Assembly (NCBI GenBank): GCA_029550985.1
Contig: JAKPGH010000268.1
Span: 1-46,677, forward strand
Origin: Bacillota bacterium
Lineage (GTDB): Bacteria; Bacillota; Clostridia; Oscillospirales; Ruminococcaceae
Direction: 5' to 3'
DNA: 46,677 bases
Part shown: one piece after another, positions 9,077 through 18,397 of the stretch
Layout of the letters: each line of letters starts with the position of its first letter
Position numbering within the stretch: the stretch's first letter is position 1
The notes under the pieces: generated by a model
What the model saw: only the letters and a program-made list of their open reading frames with translations
Database searches by the model: none
Told to the model about the DNA's origin: nothing
Translations under genes and position numbers: made by a program

Positions 9077-10150
9077 ATGCTGTACCAAACACAAAACCCC
9101 CACGGCGGGGACGTTTATCAGGGAGAAATCATATTGGATTATTCCGCCAACACCAACCCTTTTGGAACGCCTCAAGGGGTGTTGGACGCCATCCGGGAAG
9201 TGTTGCCCAAGGTGCACCAGTACCCCGACCCCTATTGCCGAAAGCTGGTACAGGCCGTTTCGGAGTTTGAAGCGGTGCCAAAGGAATTCATCCTTTGCGG
9301 CAGCGGAGCGGCGGAGCTGATTTATTCCTATTGTGAAGCCGTAAGCCCCAAACGGGCGGTGGAACTTGCCCCCACCTTTTCGGAATACTCCCTCGCCCTT
9401 GAGCGGGTGGGTTGCCATGTGGAACGGTTCTTTCTCAGACGGGAAAACAACTTTGACGTGGATGAAACCTTTCTGGACTATCTGGCAAAACAAAAGCCGG
9501 AAGCGGTATTCCTTTGCAATCCAAACAATCCAACCGGGAGGGTGATTTCACCTTCCTTGCTGGAACAAATCCTGTACTTTTGCAGGGAACGCAACATCCG
9601 TTTGTTTGTGGACGAGTGTTTTCTGGACCTTGCCGACGGCGGTGCAAGCCTGAAAAGCTATTTAACAGATTACCCGCAGCTTTTACTGTTAAAAGCGTTT
9701 ACCAAAAGTTACGGGATGGCGGGGATGCGCCTGGGCTATTGTCTCTGCTCGGACTATCAACTGCTGGCAAAGATGGCAAAGGGTGTGCAGCCTTGGAATG
9801 TGTCTTTGCTGGCGCAGGCGGCCGGGGTGGCGGCGTTGCAGGAAAGAGAGTTTTTGGAAAGAACCAGACAACTGATTCCAATCGAGCGCCAATGGCTGAA
9901 AGAGCAGCTGGAAGCGCTGGGGTTTTGGGTGTGCCCATCCCATGCCAATTATCTGCTGTTCTTTGGGAGGGAAGGCCTGCACGCCGCGTTGCGACAACAC
10001 GGTATTGCCATTCGCAACTGCGAAAACTTCCACGGTCTGACATCCGGATGGTATCGAATTGCCGTGCGGCTTCGCGGGGAAAACGAAAGGCTCATTGCGG
10101 CCATCAAACTGGTGTGCGGGAAGGAGCAATCATGGCGAAAAATATTATGA
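9077..10150 (+). CDS. cobD: L-threonine-O-3-phosphate decarboxylase (PLP-dependent)
   Basis: [45 protein letters not shown]; cob operon context. Confidence 0.9.
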   Translation: MLYQTQNPHGGDVYQGEIILDYSANTNPFGTPQGVLDAIREVLPKVHQYPDPYCRKLVQAVSEFEAVPKEFILCGSGAAELIYSYCEAVSPKRAVELAPTFSEYSLALERVGCHVERFFLRRENNFDVDETFLDYLAKQKPEAVFLCNPNNPTGRVISPSLLEQILYFCRERNIRLFVDECFLDLADGGASLKSYLTDYPQLLLLKAFTKSYGMAGMRLGYCLCSDYQLLAKMAKGVQPWNVSLLAQAAGVAALQEREFLERTRQLIPIERQWLKEQLEALGFWVCPSHANYLLFFGREGLHAALRQHGIAIRNCENFHGLTSGWYRIAVRLRGENERLIAAIKLVCGKEQSWRKIL

Positions 10151-11595
10151 TTCAGGGGACCATGTCCAACGCTGGCAAAAGCCTGCTTGTGGCGGGGCTC
10201 TGCCGCATTTTCAAGCAGGACGGTTATCGGGTCGCTCCCTTCAAAAGCCAAAACATGGCGCTTAACTCCTTTATCACCCGGGACGGCGGGGAAATGGGGC
10301 GGGCGCAGGTGGTCCAGGCGGAAGCAGCTGGAATCACACCGGATGTTCGAATGAATCCCATTTTGCTCAAGCCCACCACCGACATCGGCAGCCAGGTGAT
10401 TGTCAACGGTCGGGTGCAGGGCAATATGGGAGCCATGGAGTATTCCCGCAGGAAAAAAGAGTATCTCCCCGCCGTGCTGGAGGCGTACCGCAGCCTGGCG
10501 GCCGAATACGACATCATCGTCATTGAAGGCGCCGGCAGTCCCGCGGAAATTAATCTCAGACAGGATGACATTGTAAACATGGGATTTGCCAATCTGGTGG
10601 ATGCTCCGGTGCTGCTGGTGGGGGACATCGACCGGGGAGGGGTGTTCGCCCAGCTGTACGGCACCATTTCGCTGTTGGAACCGGAAGAGCGCCGGCGCAT
10701 CAAAGGAACCGTCGTCAACAAGTTTCGGGGAGACCGAAGTATCCTGGAGCCCGGTCTGAGAACGTTGGAAGAACTGTGTGGCGTTCCTGTCGTCGGCGTT
10801 GTCCCCTACATCCATGTGGATATTGACGACGAAGACAGCCTCACCGAGCGGTTTGACAGAACCTCTGCCCGCAAACTGATTGATATTGCCGTCATTCGCT
10901 TGCCCTACATTTCCAACTTTACCGATTTCAGCCCCTTTGAGCGCTATAACAACGTTTCCCTGCGGTACGTGAACCATGTGGAGGACCTTCATCAGCCGGA
11001 TATGATGATTCTGCCGGGCACCAAAAGCACCATTTCCGACCTTCTGTGGCTTCGTCAATGCGGGTTGGAGGCCGCCGTTCAAAAGGCAGCCGCCTCCGGG
11101 ACACTGGTGTTCGGCGTATGCGGCGGCTTGCAGATGCTGGGGCGCAAGATTTCCGACCCCCAACAGGTGGAGGCTGCGGGCATTGCCGAAATTCACGGCA
11201 TGGGCCTGTTGGAGATGGACACCATCTTCCGCCCGGAAAAGGTGCAGACCCAGACCAAAGGGGTATTCGAGGGCATCGACGGTCTGCTGGCGGACCTCAA
11301 CGGAAAACACTACGAGGGATACGAGATTCACATGGGCCGCAGCAAAGAAAAACTGCCCGCCCTGGTGGGGGCAGGCAATGTGTACGGCACCTATATTCAC
11401 GGCATTTTTGATACCCTTGATGTCTGTGATACGATTTTAAAAGCGCTCTGCCGCCAAAGGGGCATCGACTTTAGCTTGTTGGAATCTTTTGACAGGCGGG
11501 AATACAAGAATCGCCAGTATGATTTACTGGCCGACGCGGTGCGACGCAGCCTGGATATGGATTTTATTTACCGCGTCCTGAACCGGAAGGTTTGA
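10132..11595 (+). CDS. cbiP: Cobyric acid synthase CbiP/CobQ
   Basis: [54 protein letters not shown]; AAGGAG RBS before ATG 10132. Confidence 0.95.
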   Translation: MAKNIMIQGTMSNAGKSLLVAGLCRIFKQDGYRVAPFKSQNMALNSFITRDGGEMGRAQVVQAEAAGITPDVRMNPILLKPTTDIGSQVIVNGRVQGNMGAMEYSRRKKEYLPAVLEAYRSLAAEYDIIVIEGAGSPAEINLRQDDIVNMGFANLVDAPVLLVGDIDRGGVFAQLYGTISLLEPEERRRIKGTVVNKFRGDRSILEPGLRTLEELCGVPVVGVVPYIHVDIDDEDSLTERFDRTSARKLIDIAVIRLPYISNFTDFSPFERYNNVSLRYVNHVEDLHQPDMMILPGTKSTISDLLWLRQCGLEAAVQKAAASGTLVFGVCGGLQMLGRKISDPQQVEAAGIAEIHGMGLLEMDTIFRPEKVQTQTKGVFEGIDGLLADLNGKHYEGYEIHMGRSKEKLPALVGAGNVYGTYIHGIFDTLDVCDTILKALCRQRGIDFSLLESFDRREYKNRQYDLLADAVRRSLDMDFIYRVLNRKV

Positions 11596-11636
11596 AGTGG
11601 ACAAGCAACATCCATACCCGGAGATGGGTAAAAAGA

Positions 11637-12539
11637 TTATACTCCTTCTCCGTTAAACTCTGGGATAAAGCTTTCCAACGCGGTTTCCCCTTCCTGGATA
11701 AATCCGTTTTCCACTCCGATTGCTATGGCATAATCCATAAGCTCGTCGTATTCTTCTTCCGTTATCCTTCTGTTGAGCTCCGGATATGCCGTATGCTTAA
11801 TCACCGGAGTGTATTGATTCATGATGCTGATATAAATTTTATCTCCATAAGTTTCATACAGGTATTGGATGATTCTTTTCGAATCCTCCAGGTAGCCCGG
11901 CAAGGTAAGGTGCCGGACGATGACGCCTTTTTGCATCATGCCCCGTTCGTCAAAGACTGGTCTCGGTTGCTGCCGCACCATTTCTTCTATGGCCTTTGCC
12001 GCAACCGCAAAATAGTCCTTGCAGCGAGAGTACTTTGCCGCCGGCTCCGGCGACCTATACTTCAAATCGGGCAGATAAATATCCACGTACCCTTCCAAAA
12101 GCTTTAAGGTTTCCGCCTTCTCATAACCGCTGCAGTTGTATACAATGGGCAGGCGTAGCCCTTTGCTGCGGGCAATGGTTAGAGCCTCCATTATCTGCGG
12201 GACATAGTGGCTCGGAGTCACCAGATTGATATTATTGGCCCTCTTGTCCTGCAGTTCCAGAAAAATCTCCGCCAGCCGCCCAATGGTAATTTGCTTTCCG
12301 GCCAGACCTTTTGCGATATGGTGATTTTGGCAGTATACGCAGCCCAGCGCGCAACCGGAAAAGAATACAGTCCCCGAGCCTTCTTCACCGGACAGACAGG
12401 GCTCCTCCCACATGTGGAGCGCCGCCCTTGCCACCACCAATGCGTCGGTGGCTTTGCAGTATCCTGTTTGACCCGCCGTTCGGTCCACATGACATTCCCT
12501 GGGGCAGAGAACGCAGTCTTTTAAAATGGAATAATCCAT
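11637..12539 (-). CDS. Radical SAM protein (PflX / PFL-activating-enzyme-like family)
   Basis: N-terminal CVLCPREC, HMWEEPCLSG, CxxxCxxC (CALGCVYC), NINLVTPSH, DIYLPDLKY. Confidence 0.88.
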   Translation of the reverse strand: MDYSILKDCVLCPRECHVDRTAGQTGYCKATDALVVARAALHMWEEPCLSGEEGSGTVFFSGCALGCVYCQNHHIAKGLAGKQITIGRLAEIFLELQDKRANNINLVTPSHYVPQIMEALTIARSKGLRLPIVYNCSGYEKAETLKLLEGYVDIYLPDLKYRSPEPAAKYSRCKDYFAVAAKAIEEMVRQQPRPVFDERGMMQKGVIVRHLTLPGYLEDSKRIIQYLYETYGDKIYISIMNQYTPVIKHTAYPELNRRITEEEYDELMDYAIAIGVENGFIQEGETALESFIPEFNGEGV

Positions 12540-12835
12540 CCTTCTTCCTCGTTTCACAGCTCTTGATAGTAAGTGAAGTTTACTTCATTCGGTAGCCCAT
12601 ACGATCATACATCTTTCCGGCAGGTGAAACAAGCCCCGCTTGCTTCACTTGTCTTTTTTGCGGTTCTATATATGGCGTGATACGACAGATGATTGCCTTG
12701 CCTGGGCCCGGTGTTCACTGGGGCAACATTTCTTGTCGTAGGTTATTTGTTCAAATTTTAACTAAATAAAATGAAATGGGTCTGTCAGTCATTGACAAAA
12801 AACCAAATGGCGTCACCTAAAATGTACGACATTTG

Positions 12836-12868
12836 TTGACAAATTCTCCGAGTTAGCATAGACTAATT
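12836..12868 (+). promoter_or_regulatory. Sigma-A promoter of feoAB overlapped by a DtxR/SirR-type operator
   Basis: TTGACA(12836)-17 nt-TAGACT(12859); palindrome AGTTAG-CATAGA-CTAATT (TTAG-N6-CTAA) at 12851-12868 covers the -10. Confidence 0.7.
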
Positions 12869-12929
12869 TTCGCTGGGTACTATCGGAAAGCACTATAGGA
12901 CGTTGCCAAGTAGTGGAAGAGGGTTGAAT

Positions 12930-15266
12930 ATGACACTCAAAGAGATGGAAATTGGCAAGACATCGGTCATCACCAAAGTCGGCGGGGAAGGTGCTTTGCG
13001 CCAGCACCTGCTGGATATGGGGGTCATTCCGGGGGCGGAGGTTACCGTCGTCAAATACGCGCCCATGGGGGATCCCATGGAGGTGCTCATCCACGGATAT
13101 GTGTTGACGCTGCGGCTGGACGATGCGGAGAAAATCGAAGTGGAGCCGGTAGCGGAGCGCGCCGAGAAAACCGATAAGAAGCGGCCGGCCGGCAAGACGG
13201 TTCATCCCAGTCTTGGGGAGGGCGGAAAGTTTCATCCCAAGGGCAGCGGCGACCCGTTGCCGGAAGGAACAACCCTGACATTTGCCCTGGTGGGCAATCA
13301 GAACTGCGGCAAAACCACCCTGTTCAACCAGCTGACAGGCGCCAATCAGCACGTGGGCAATTTCCCCGGCGTCACCGTCGACCGCAAAGACGGCGTCATC
13401 AAAGGGTACCCCAACACCCTGGTCACCGACCTTCCAGGCATTTACTCCATGTCGCCCTACAGCAACGAAGAGATCGTATCCCGCAATTTCGTATTGAGTG
13501 AAAAGCCGAAAGCCATTATCAACATCGTGGACGCCACCAACATCGAGCGCAATTTGTACCTCACCATGCAGCTGTTGGAAATGAACGTCCCTATGGTGGT
13601 TGCCCTCAACATGATGGACGAAGTGAGGGCCAACGGCGGAACCATCGACGTCAACGCCATGGAGGCGATGCTGGGCGTTCCCGTCGTGCCCATTTCTGCT
13701 GCCAAAAACCAGGGAATCCACGAGCTGGTGGAACACGCCGTCCATGTGGCCTATTATCAGGAAAAGCCTTTGCGCCAGGATTTCTGTGACGAAAACGAGC
13801 AGGGAGGCGCCGTTCACCGCTGCCTGCACAGCATCTACCACCTCATCGAAGACCATGCCCAAAGTGCCGGGCTTCCTGCCCGTTTTGCCGCAAGCAAGGT
13901 GGTTGAGGGGGATGCTCTAATCCTGACACAGCTCATGCTGGATGAAAACGAAAAGGAGACCATCGAGCACATCGTCTCCCAGATGGAAAAGGAACGGGGA
14001 CTTGACCGAAGCGCGGCCATTGCCGACATGCGGTACGCTTTCATCCGAAGAGTGTGCGACCTCTGCGTGACAAAGCCTCAGAAAAGCAAAGAAAGCATAC
14101 GGAGCGAAAAAATCGACCGGATTCTGACCGGCAAGTGGCTGGCCATACCAATCTTTATTTTGATTATGGCGGTCACCTTCTGGCTTACCTTCGACGTGGT
14201 CGGCGGCACGCTGCAGGGCTGGCTGGAAGTTGGAATCGATGCCCTTACCAACCTCACCGACCGTGCCCTGACGGCAGCCGGCGTCAACAATGTGATTCAC
14301 GGCCTTATCATTGACGGCATTTTTACAGGCGTTGGAACCGTTTTGACTTTTCTTCCCATTATTGTCACGCTGTTTTTCTTCCTTTCCCTGCTGGAGGACA
14401 GCGGCTACATCGCCCGGGTCGCCTTTTTCATGGACAAGCTGCTTCGCAAAATCGGGCTTTCCGGGCGGAGCATCGTACCCTTACTGATTGGATTTGGCTG
14501 TACCGTTCCAGCCGTCATGTCCACCCGCACCCTGCCCAGCGAGCGTGACCGAAAAATGACCATTTTGCTGACGCCGTTTATGAGTTGCACGGCAAAATTG
14601 CCCATTTATGCGTTTTTTGTGGACGCTTTCTTTCCGCAATACAAGGCGCTGATTATGAGCGGCCTTTACTTTCTGGGGATTCTGGTGGGCATCCTGGTTG
14701 CGCTGCTCTTTAAGGGCACCTTGTTTAAGGGCGAGGCGGTGCCCTTCGTGATGGAATTGCCCAATTACCGTATGCCGAGCCCTCGAAATGTGGGGCAGCT
14801 TCTCTGGGAAAAGGCAAAGGACTTTTTGCAGAGAGCCTTTACCATCATTTTTCTCGCAACCATCGTCATTTGGCTTCTCCAGAGCTTTGACCCCCATTTC
14901 AATCTGGTGGGGAATCAGCAGGACAGCATTCTCGCCATGGTCGCCGGGTGGTTTACGCCGATGATGAGGCCTCTTGGCCTTGGGGACTGGAGAATCTGTA
15001 CCTCCCTCATCAGCGGATTTTTGGCGAAGGAAAACGTGGTGTCCACCTTTGAAATTCTGTTTGGTCAGAACGTAGACGCCGTCATGACCTCCGCCGCCGC
15101 GGCGTCGCTTTTGACCTTCTCCCTGCTCTACACTCCCTGTGTCGCGGCCATTGCCTCCATCAAAAGGGAGTTGGGCAAAATGTGGGCTTTCGGGGTCGTG
15201 GTTTGGCAGTGCTTTATTGCCTGGTGTGCCGATTTCGCCGTGCACTTTGTGGTGTCGCTGTTTTAA
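12930..15266 (+). CDS. feoB: Fused FeoA-FeoB ferrous iron transporter
   Basis: N-terminal FeoA (LLDMGVIPG..APMGDP), GTPase motifs GNQNCGKT, GNFPGVTV, DLPG, NMMD; membrane domain GFGC, FVMELP, LYTPC. Confidence 0.95.
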   Translation: MTLKEMEIGKTSVITKVGGEGALRQHLLDMGVIPGAEVTVVKYAPMGDPMEVLIHGYVLTLRLDDAEKIEVEPVAERAEKTDKKRPAGKTVHPSLGEGGKFHPKGSGDPLPEGTTLTFALVGNQNCGKTTLFNQLTGANQHVGNFPGVTVDRKDGVIKGYPNTLVTDLPGIYSMSPYSNEEIVSRNFVLSEKPKAIINIVDATNIERNLYLTMQLLEMNVPMVVALNMMDEVRANGGTIDVNAMEAMLGVPVVPISAAKNQGIHELVEHAVHVAYYQEKPLRQDFCDENEQGGAVHRCLHSIYHLIEDHAQSAGLPARFAASKVVEGDALILTQLMLDENEKETIEHIVSQMEKERGLDRSAAIADMRYAFIRRVCDLCVTKPQKSKESIRSEKIDRILTGKWLAIPIFILIMAVTFWLTFDVVGGTLQGWLEVGIDALTNLTDRALTAAGVNNVIHGLIIDGIFTGVGTVLTFLPIIVTLFFFLSLLEDSGYIARVAFFMDKLLRKIGLSGRSIVPLLIGFGCTVPAVMSTRTLPSERDRKMTILLTPFMSCTAKLPIYAFFVDAFFPQYKALIMSGLYFLGILVGILVALLFKGTLFKGEAVPFVMELPNYRMPSPRNVGQLLWEKAKDFLQRAFTIIFLATIVIWLLQSFDPHFNLVGNQQDSILAMVAGWFTPMMRPLGLGDWRICTSLISGFLAKENVVSTFEILFGQNVDAVMTSAAAASLLTFSLLYTPCVAAIASIKRELGKMWAFGVVVWQCFIAWCADFAVHFVVSLF

Positions 15267-15292
15267 ACTACTTTCAGTAATGTAAAGAAATC

Positions 15293-15322
15293 AGGGTTTC
15301 CCGGTTTGGGGAAACCCTTTTT
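15293..15322 (+). terminator. feoB terminator, insulating the recombination module
   Basis: AGGGTTTCCC-GGTTTG-GGGAAACCCT-TTTT. Confidence 0.85.
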
Positions 15323-15340
15323 GTATGCCGAAAAACTTTG

Positions 15341-15370
15341 GAATAATGGCCAACCTCGACGGAATATACT
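15341..15370 (+). promoter_or_regulatory. Putative sporulation (sigma-E-like) promoter for the small ORF/recombinase
   Basis: GAATAAT-15 nt-AATATACT versus sigma-E consensus KMATATT-~14-CATACAnT; judged by eye only. Confidence 0.4.
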
Positions 15371-15388
15371 GCCCCAAGAGGTGGTGGT

Positions 15389-15586
15389 ATGCAATCCGGC
15401 ACTGAGGAGATGGTGGTACATACCCTGGGGAATCAGGCGATTCCATATCGCAAAATATTGGAATGCGGTTGCGGAGCCAGTTATGAGCGAGTCATGTCGC
15501 CGGAGGAGAGAAAACTGTATAACCAAAGTTTGGTCGCGAAAATCCTGCAAGCCCTGAACCGGAGCGAAAATGCGTTGTTCCTGTAA
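15389..15586 (+). CDS. Small 65-aa protein, candidate recombination directionality factor
   Basis: Strong AAGAGGTG RBS; fills the gap between terminator and recombinase; function inferred from position only. Confidence 0.6.
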   Translation: MQSGTEEMVVHTLGNQAIPYRKILECGCGASYERVMSPEERKLYNQSLVAKILQALNRSENALFL

Positions 15587-15599
15587 CAGCGCATTTTTT
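15567..15599 (+). terminator. Terminator-like hairpin between small ORF and recombinase
   Basis: AAAATGCGTTGTT-CCTGT-AACAGCGCATTTTTT. Confidence 0.5.
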
Positions 15600-15622
15600 A
15601 TCATGGAGTAAGAGGTGCTTCT

Positions 15623-17185
15623 ATGAATAGGGTGGAAGCCATTTACGCGCGACAATCCATCGAAAAGAAAGACAGCTTGTCCATTGAGCAGCAAATCGAA
15701 CGTTGCAAGAAAAAAGCGGACAACCCGGAACGTTGTGAAATCTACCAGGAAAGCAAAAGCGGAAAAGACACAATTCACAGAGACCAATTCAACCGCATGA
15801 TGGAGGGGGTTCGCGCCGGAAGAATATCCAAGATTATCGTATACCGCCTGGACCGCATCAGCCGCAGCCTGGCCGATTTTGCAAAAATGTGGGACGAACT
15901 GAATACTTATGGCGTGCAGTTTGTCTCCTGCACGGAAGACTTTGATACCAGCACTCCCATGGGGGACGCCATGCTGAAAATTGCCATGGTGTTTGCCGAA
16001 ATGGAGCGAAAAATTATCGTACAGCGGGTGACCGATTCTTACTTTGCCCTTGCCCGGAAGGGCTTTTTTATGGGCGGTCCCACGCCGTTTGGCTTTACAA
16101 AAGTACAGTACCTTATCGACGGGAAACGCACCAAAGCTTTCCAAGCGGACCCGGCCAGCAAGGACGTCATCCTTCAAATGTTTACGCAGTATGCCACCTC
16201 GGACGTTTCCATCGGAGCGCTGGCTCGGCAATGCAAGGAACAGGGCATCCAATCGGCTCGCGGCACGTTTTTTACCTCCTCCTCCATTGGGAGAATCTTA
16301 AGACATCCCGTCTATGTCAAGGCGGATGAAAGAGTTTACGCGTATTTCAAAAGCAAAGGGGCCGCTCTTTACAATCCCATTGAGGATTTCTGTGGCATCA
16401 ACGGATGCTATTTATACGCGCCTCAACAACCTTATTCGAAGGATGCAAAAAAGAAAAGGAGCGGGAGAAAATTTTCGGATTTATCCAATACGCAAGTGAT
16501 TATTGCGCCCCACGAGGGCATTGTGCCTGCCGGCATCTGGCTCGCCTGCCAGGACAAATTGGACCGCAACAGGCAGGTGCCGTGTGTTCAAAGAGGCAAG
16601 CACACCTGGATGTCGGGACTGATGAAATGCGCCAATTGCCGTTTAGGTGTTACGGTGGTCAACAACAATCGGGGAAGAAACTATATCAACTGCTATGGAA
16701 GGAAAAAACACCAATGCCGGGGAAGGTCCTACCCATGGAGGTTGGATGAGATAGAGAGCGCAGCCGAACTTCAATTGTTCCATCGACTGCATCAATTAAA
16801 AACCGTTTCACCCATAGAAATCGATTTACCCGAGTCACAAGGGATATCTGAACTCCGAACTCAAATTATAAAAATAGAAGAGCAAATGGATAAAATTGAA
16901 CATGAAATTTTGTTGGCAACTTCGGATTCCATCCAAGCCAGATGGCGGCAAAAGCAAGCTGCGTTGCAAATGCAGTTGGATGAGTGCCGTACAAAATTTT
17001 CCGAGTTGCAAAGCGCTAGAAATGTCAAAAATCAAAAACAACATCAAAACGCGGACGTCGGTTCTATCATCCACAACTGGCAAACAATAGAGCTGGAAAC
17101 GAAAAAGCGCATCGCGAGAACTCTCATTGACTTTATCCTGGTCGGCGACAAGCGGGAAGATGGGGTACAGGTTTTTTTCAAGTAA
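15623..17185 (+). CDS. Large serine site-specific recombinase (SpoIVCA-like integrase/excisionase)
   Basis: IYARQS catalytic Ser motif, SGK, RLDRISRS, FAEMER, GGPTPFG, HEGIV, Zn ribbon CANC..C..C, coiled coil; 520 aa; AAGAGGTG RBS. Confidence 0.95.
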   Translation: MNRVEAIYARQSIEKKDSLSIEQQIERCKKKADNPERCEIYQESKSGKDTIHRDQFNRMMEGVRAGRISKIIVYRLDRISRSLADFAKMWDELNTYGVQFVSCTEDFDTSTPMGDAMLKIAMVFAEMERKIIVQRVTDSYFALARKGFFMGGPTPFGFTKVQYLIDGKRTKAFQADPASKDVILQMFTQYATSDVSIGALARQCKEQGIQSARGTFFTSSSIGRILRHPVYVKADERVYAYFKSKGAALYNPIEDFCGINGCYLYAPQQPYSKDAKKKRSGRKFSDLSNTQVIIAPHEGIVPAGIWLACQDKLDRNRQVPCVQRGKHTWMSGLMKCANCRLGVTVVNNNRGRNYINCYGRKKHQCRGRSYPWRLDEIESAAELQLFHRLHQLKTVSPIEIDLPESQGISELRTQIIKIEEQMDKIEHEILLATSDSIQARWRQKQAALQMQLDECRTKFSELQSARNVKNQKQHQNADVGSIIHNWQTIELETKKRIARTLIDFILVGDKREDGVQVFFK

Positions 17186-17222
17186 TTATTTGTCTATCGT
17201 TGTGTTCAACCATCCAAAACGG

Positions 17223-17227
17223 TTCAC
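17223..17227. repeat. att core (attL relative to cwlJ), TTCAC / GTGAA
   Basis: Identical to 6802-6806; CwlJ homology of the 5' part ends here. Confidence 0.85.
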
Positions 17228-17282
17228 CACCTGCTTCGCACATGATCAGGCGGGCCAACAGCTCTCGATCGTTAAACGACAT
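17223..17282 (-). CDS. cwlJ: 5' part (codons 1-20) of split cwlJ: MSFNDRELLARLIMCEAGGE; reads into the element as a 34-aa peptide ending at 17178
   Basis: Hand translation of the minus strand (too short for the ORF track); LARL...EA.GE is the CwlJ/SleB N-terminal catalytic motif; RBS AAGAGGTG at 17300-17293. Confidence 0.92.
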
Positions 17283-17337
17283 GGAATGATATCACCTCTT
17301 CCCTGGTTTTGCACACTTAGGCGATGGTATCATTATT

Positions 17338-17364
17338 ATTGTATGGAAAACCTTTTGTATGGTG
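17338..17364 (-). promoter_or_regulatory. Mother-cell (sigma-E/sigma-K type) promoter of cwlJ
   Basis: Minus strand CACC-15 nt-CATACAAT; the -10 matches the sigma-E/K consensus CATACAnT. Confidence 0.65.
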
Positions 17365-17570
17365 AAAAAACCTGATGACAATCAGACTTTTTCGACTTTT
17401 GTTTTCTCTTGTCCCATCTTGAAAAGGGCCAAAAAGACAAAAAGAAAACCTTCAAAAAATAATGAAAGTTTTCTTCATTGCCCAAGTTTGGCCCAAGGCT
17501 TATATGTTTTTTCTTGCATGCCCCTAGGCAGGGGGGCAGCTCAATACTGGGTATTGCAATATCAAGATCC

Positions 17571-17619
17571 AAAAGCAGGCAGATAGGGCGGGAGTAACTG
17601 CCGCGCCGATTCTGCCTGC
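17571..17619 (-). terminator. Probable terminator of the two-component operon
   Basis: GCAGGCAGA...TCTGCCTGC stem followed by TTTT on the minus strand, immediately after the regulator stop. Confidence 0.55.
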
Positions 17620-17620
17620 C

Positions 17621-18397
17621 CTATAGCTGAGCGTTGAGAAACTTCATAGGTGAAGTGCCGATGTATTTTTTAAACACCTGAATAAAATACTTGTAGTCCT
17701 GAAAACCGACGGCTTCCGCCACCTCGTACACCTTCATATTTGTGTTCCCAAGCAGGCTCAGGGACTTGCGGATGCGGTATCGGTTGACAAAATCGTTGAA
17801 GGTGTAACCTGTCTCCTCCTTAAACTTTGCATTCAGGTAGGAAACGCTGGCTCCCAAAGATTCGCTCAGGTCGGTGATGGAGAGCTTGTCGGCATAGTGA
17901 GCCTGCACATGCTCTATCATGGCGGCAACATGTCGGTTTTTGGGAGGACGGATGCTCATGCCATCCAATGGAAGCATGTCTGTGTTGGGCCGCTGCAGTC
18001 CCTCCAGCTTTTTCAGGGTGCGCTTTACTTCCAGCCGGCCGGCGATTTTGCGCACCGCCTGTGCCAACTCATCCGGATCCAGAGGCTTGAGAAAGTATTC
18101 TGCTACCCCCAGGGAAATTGCCTTTTTGGCATATTCAAACTCATCATAGCCCGACATGATGATTACTTCACCATCCCAGGATCCCCGGGATTGTTCCAGC
18201 ATTTCGATCCCGCTGGCAAAGGGCATCCGCACGTCGGTTACCACGATATCCGGCTGCAGGCTTCTGATTTAAGCGGCGCCTTCCCGTCCGTTGGCGGCCT
18301 CGCCGACTACAATACAGCCCAAAGCCATCCAGTCCACAAGATACACCAGTCCCTTGCGGATTCTTTCTTCGTCTTCTACCACCAGCACCTTATACAT
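17621..18397 (-). pseudogene. YesN-type response regulator (receiver + AraC HTH) with in-frame TAA at codon 43
   Basis: MYKVLVVEDEERIRKGL...GEAANGREGAA*IRSLQPDIVVTDVRMP...; stop at 18271-18269, same frame continues to 17621. Confidence 0.88.

Larger units (their letters stand above)
6802..17227. mobile_element. cwlJ-intervening element (skin-like, large-serine-recombinase excisable element; 10,421-bp predicted circle)
   Basis: Sits exactly between the two halves of cwlJ, flanked by direct repeat TTCAC; recombinase gene stops 37 bp before the right-hand repeat; joining at the repeat restores the reading frame. Confidence 0.9.

Noticed and set aside
9514-10131. Apparent 693-aa CbiP with a long N-terminal extension
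   Set aside because: The extension overlaps cobD in another frame; RBS and the family N-terminus place the start at 10132
12600-12800. Stem-loops between the radical SAM gene and feoAB (12621-12659 hairpin, TACGACA..TGTCGTA at 12681-12740, TGTCA-N5-TGACA at 12783-12797) as a possible NiCo-type or other riboswitch
   Set aside because: I could not match the conserved core of any riboswitch family by eye; needs an Infernal scan
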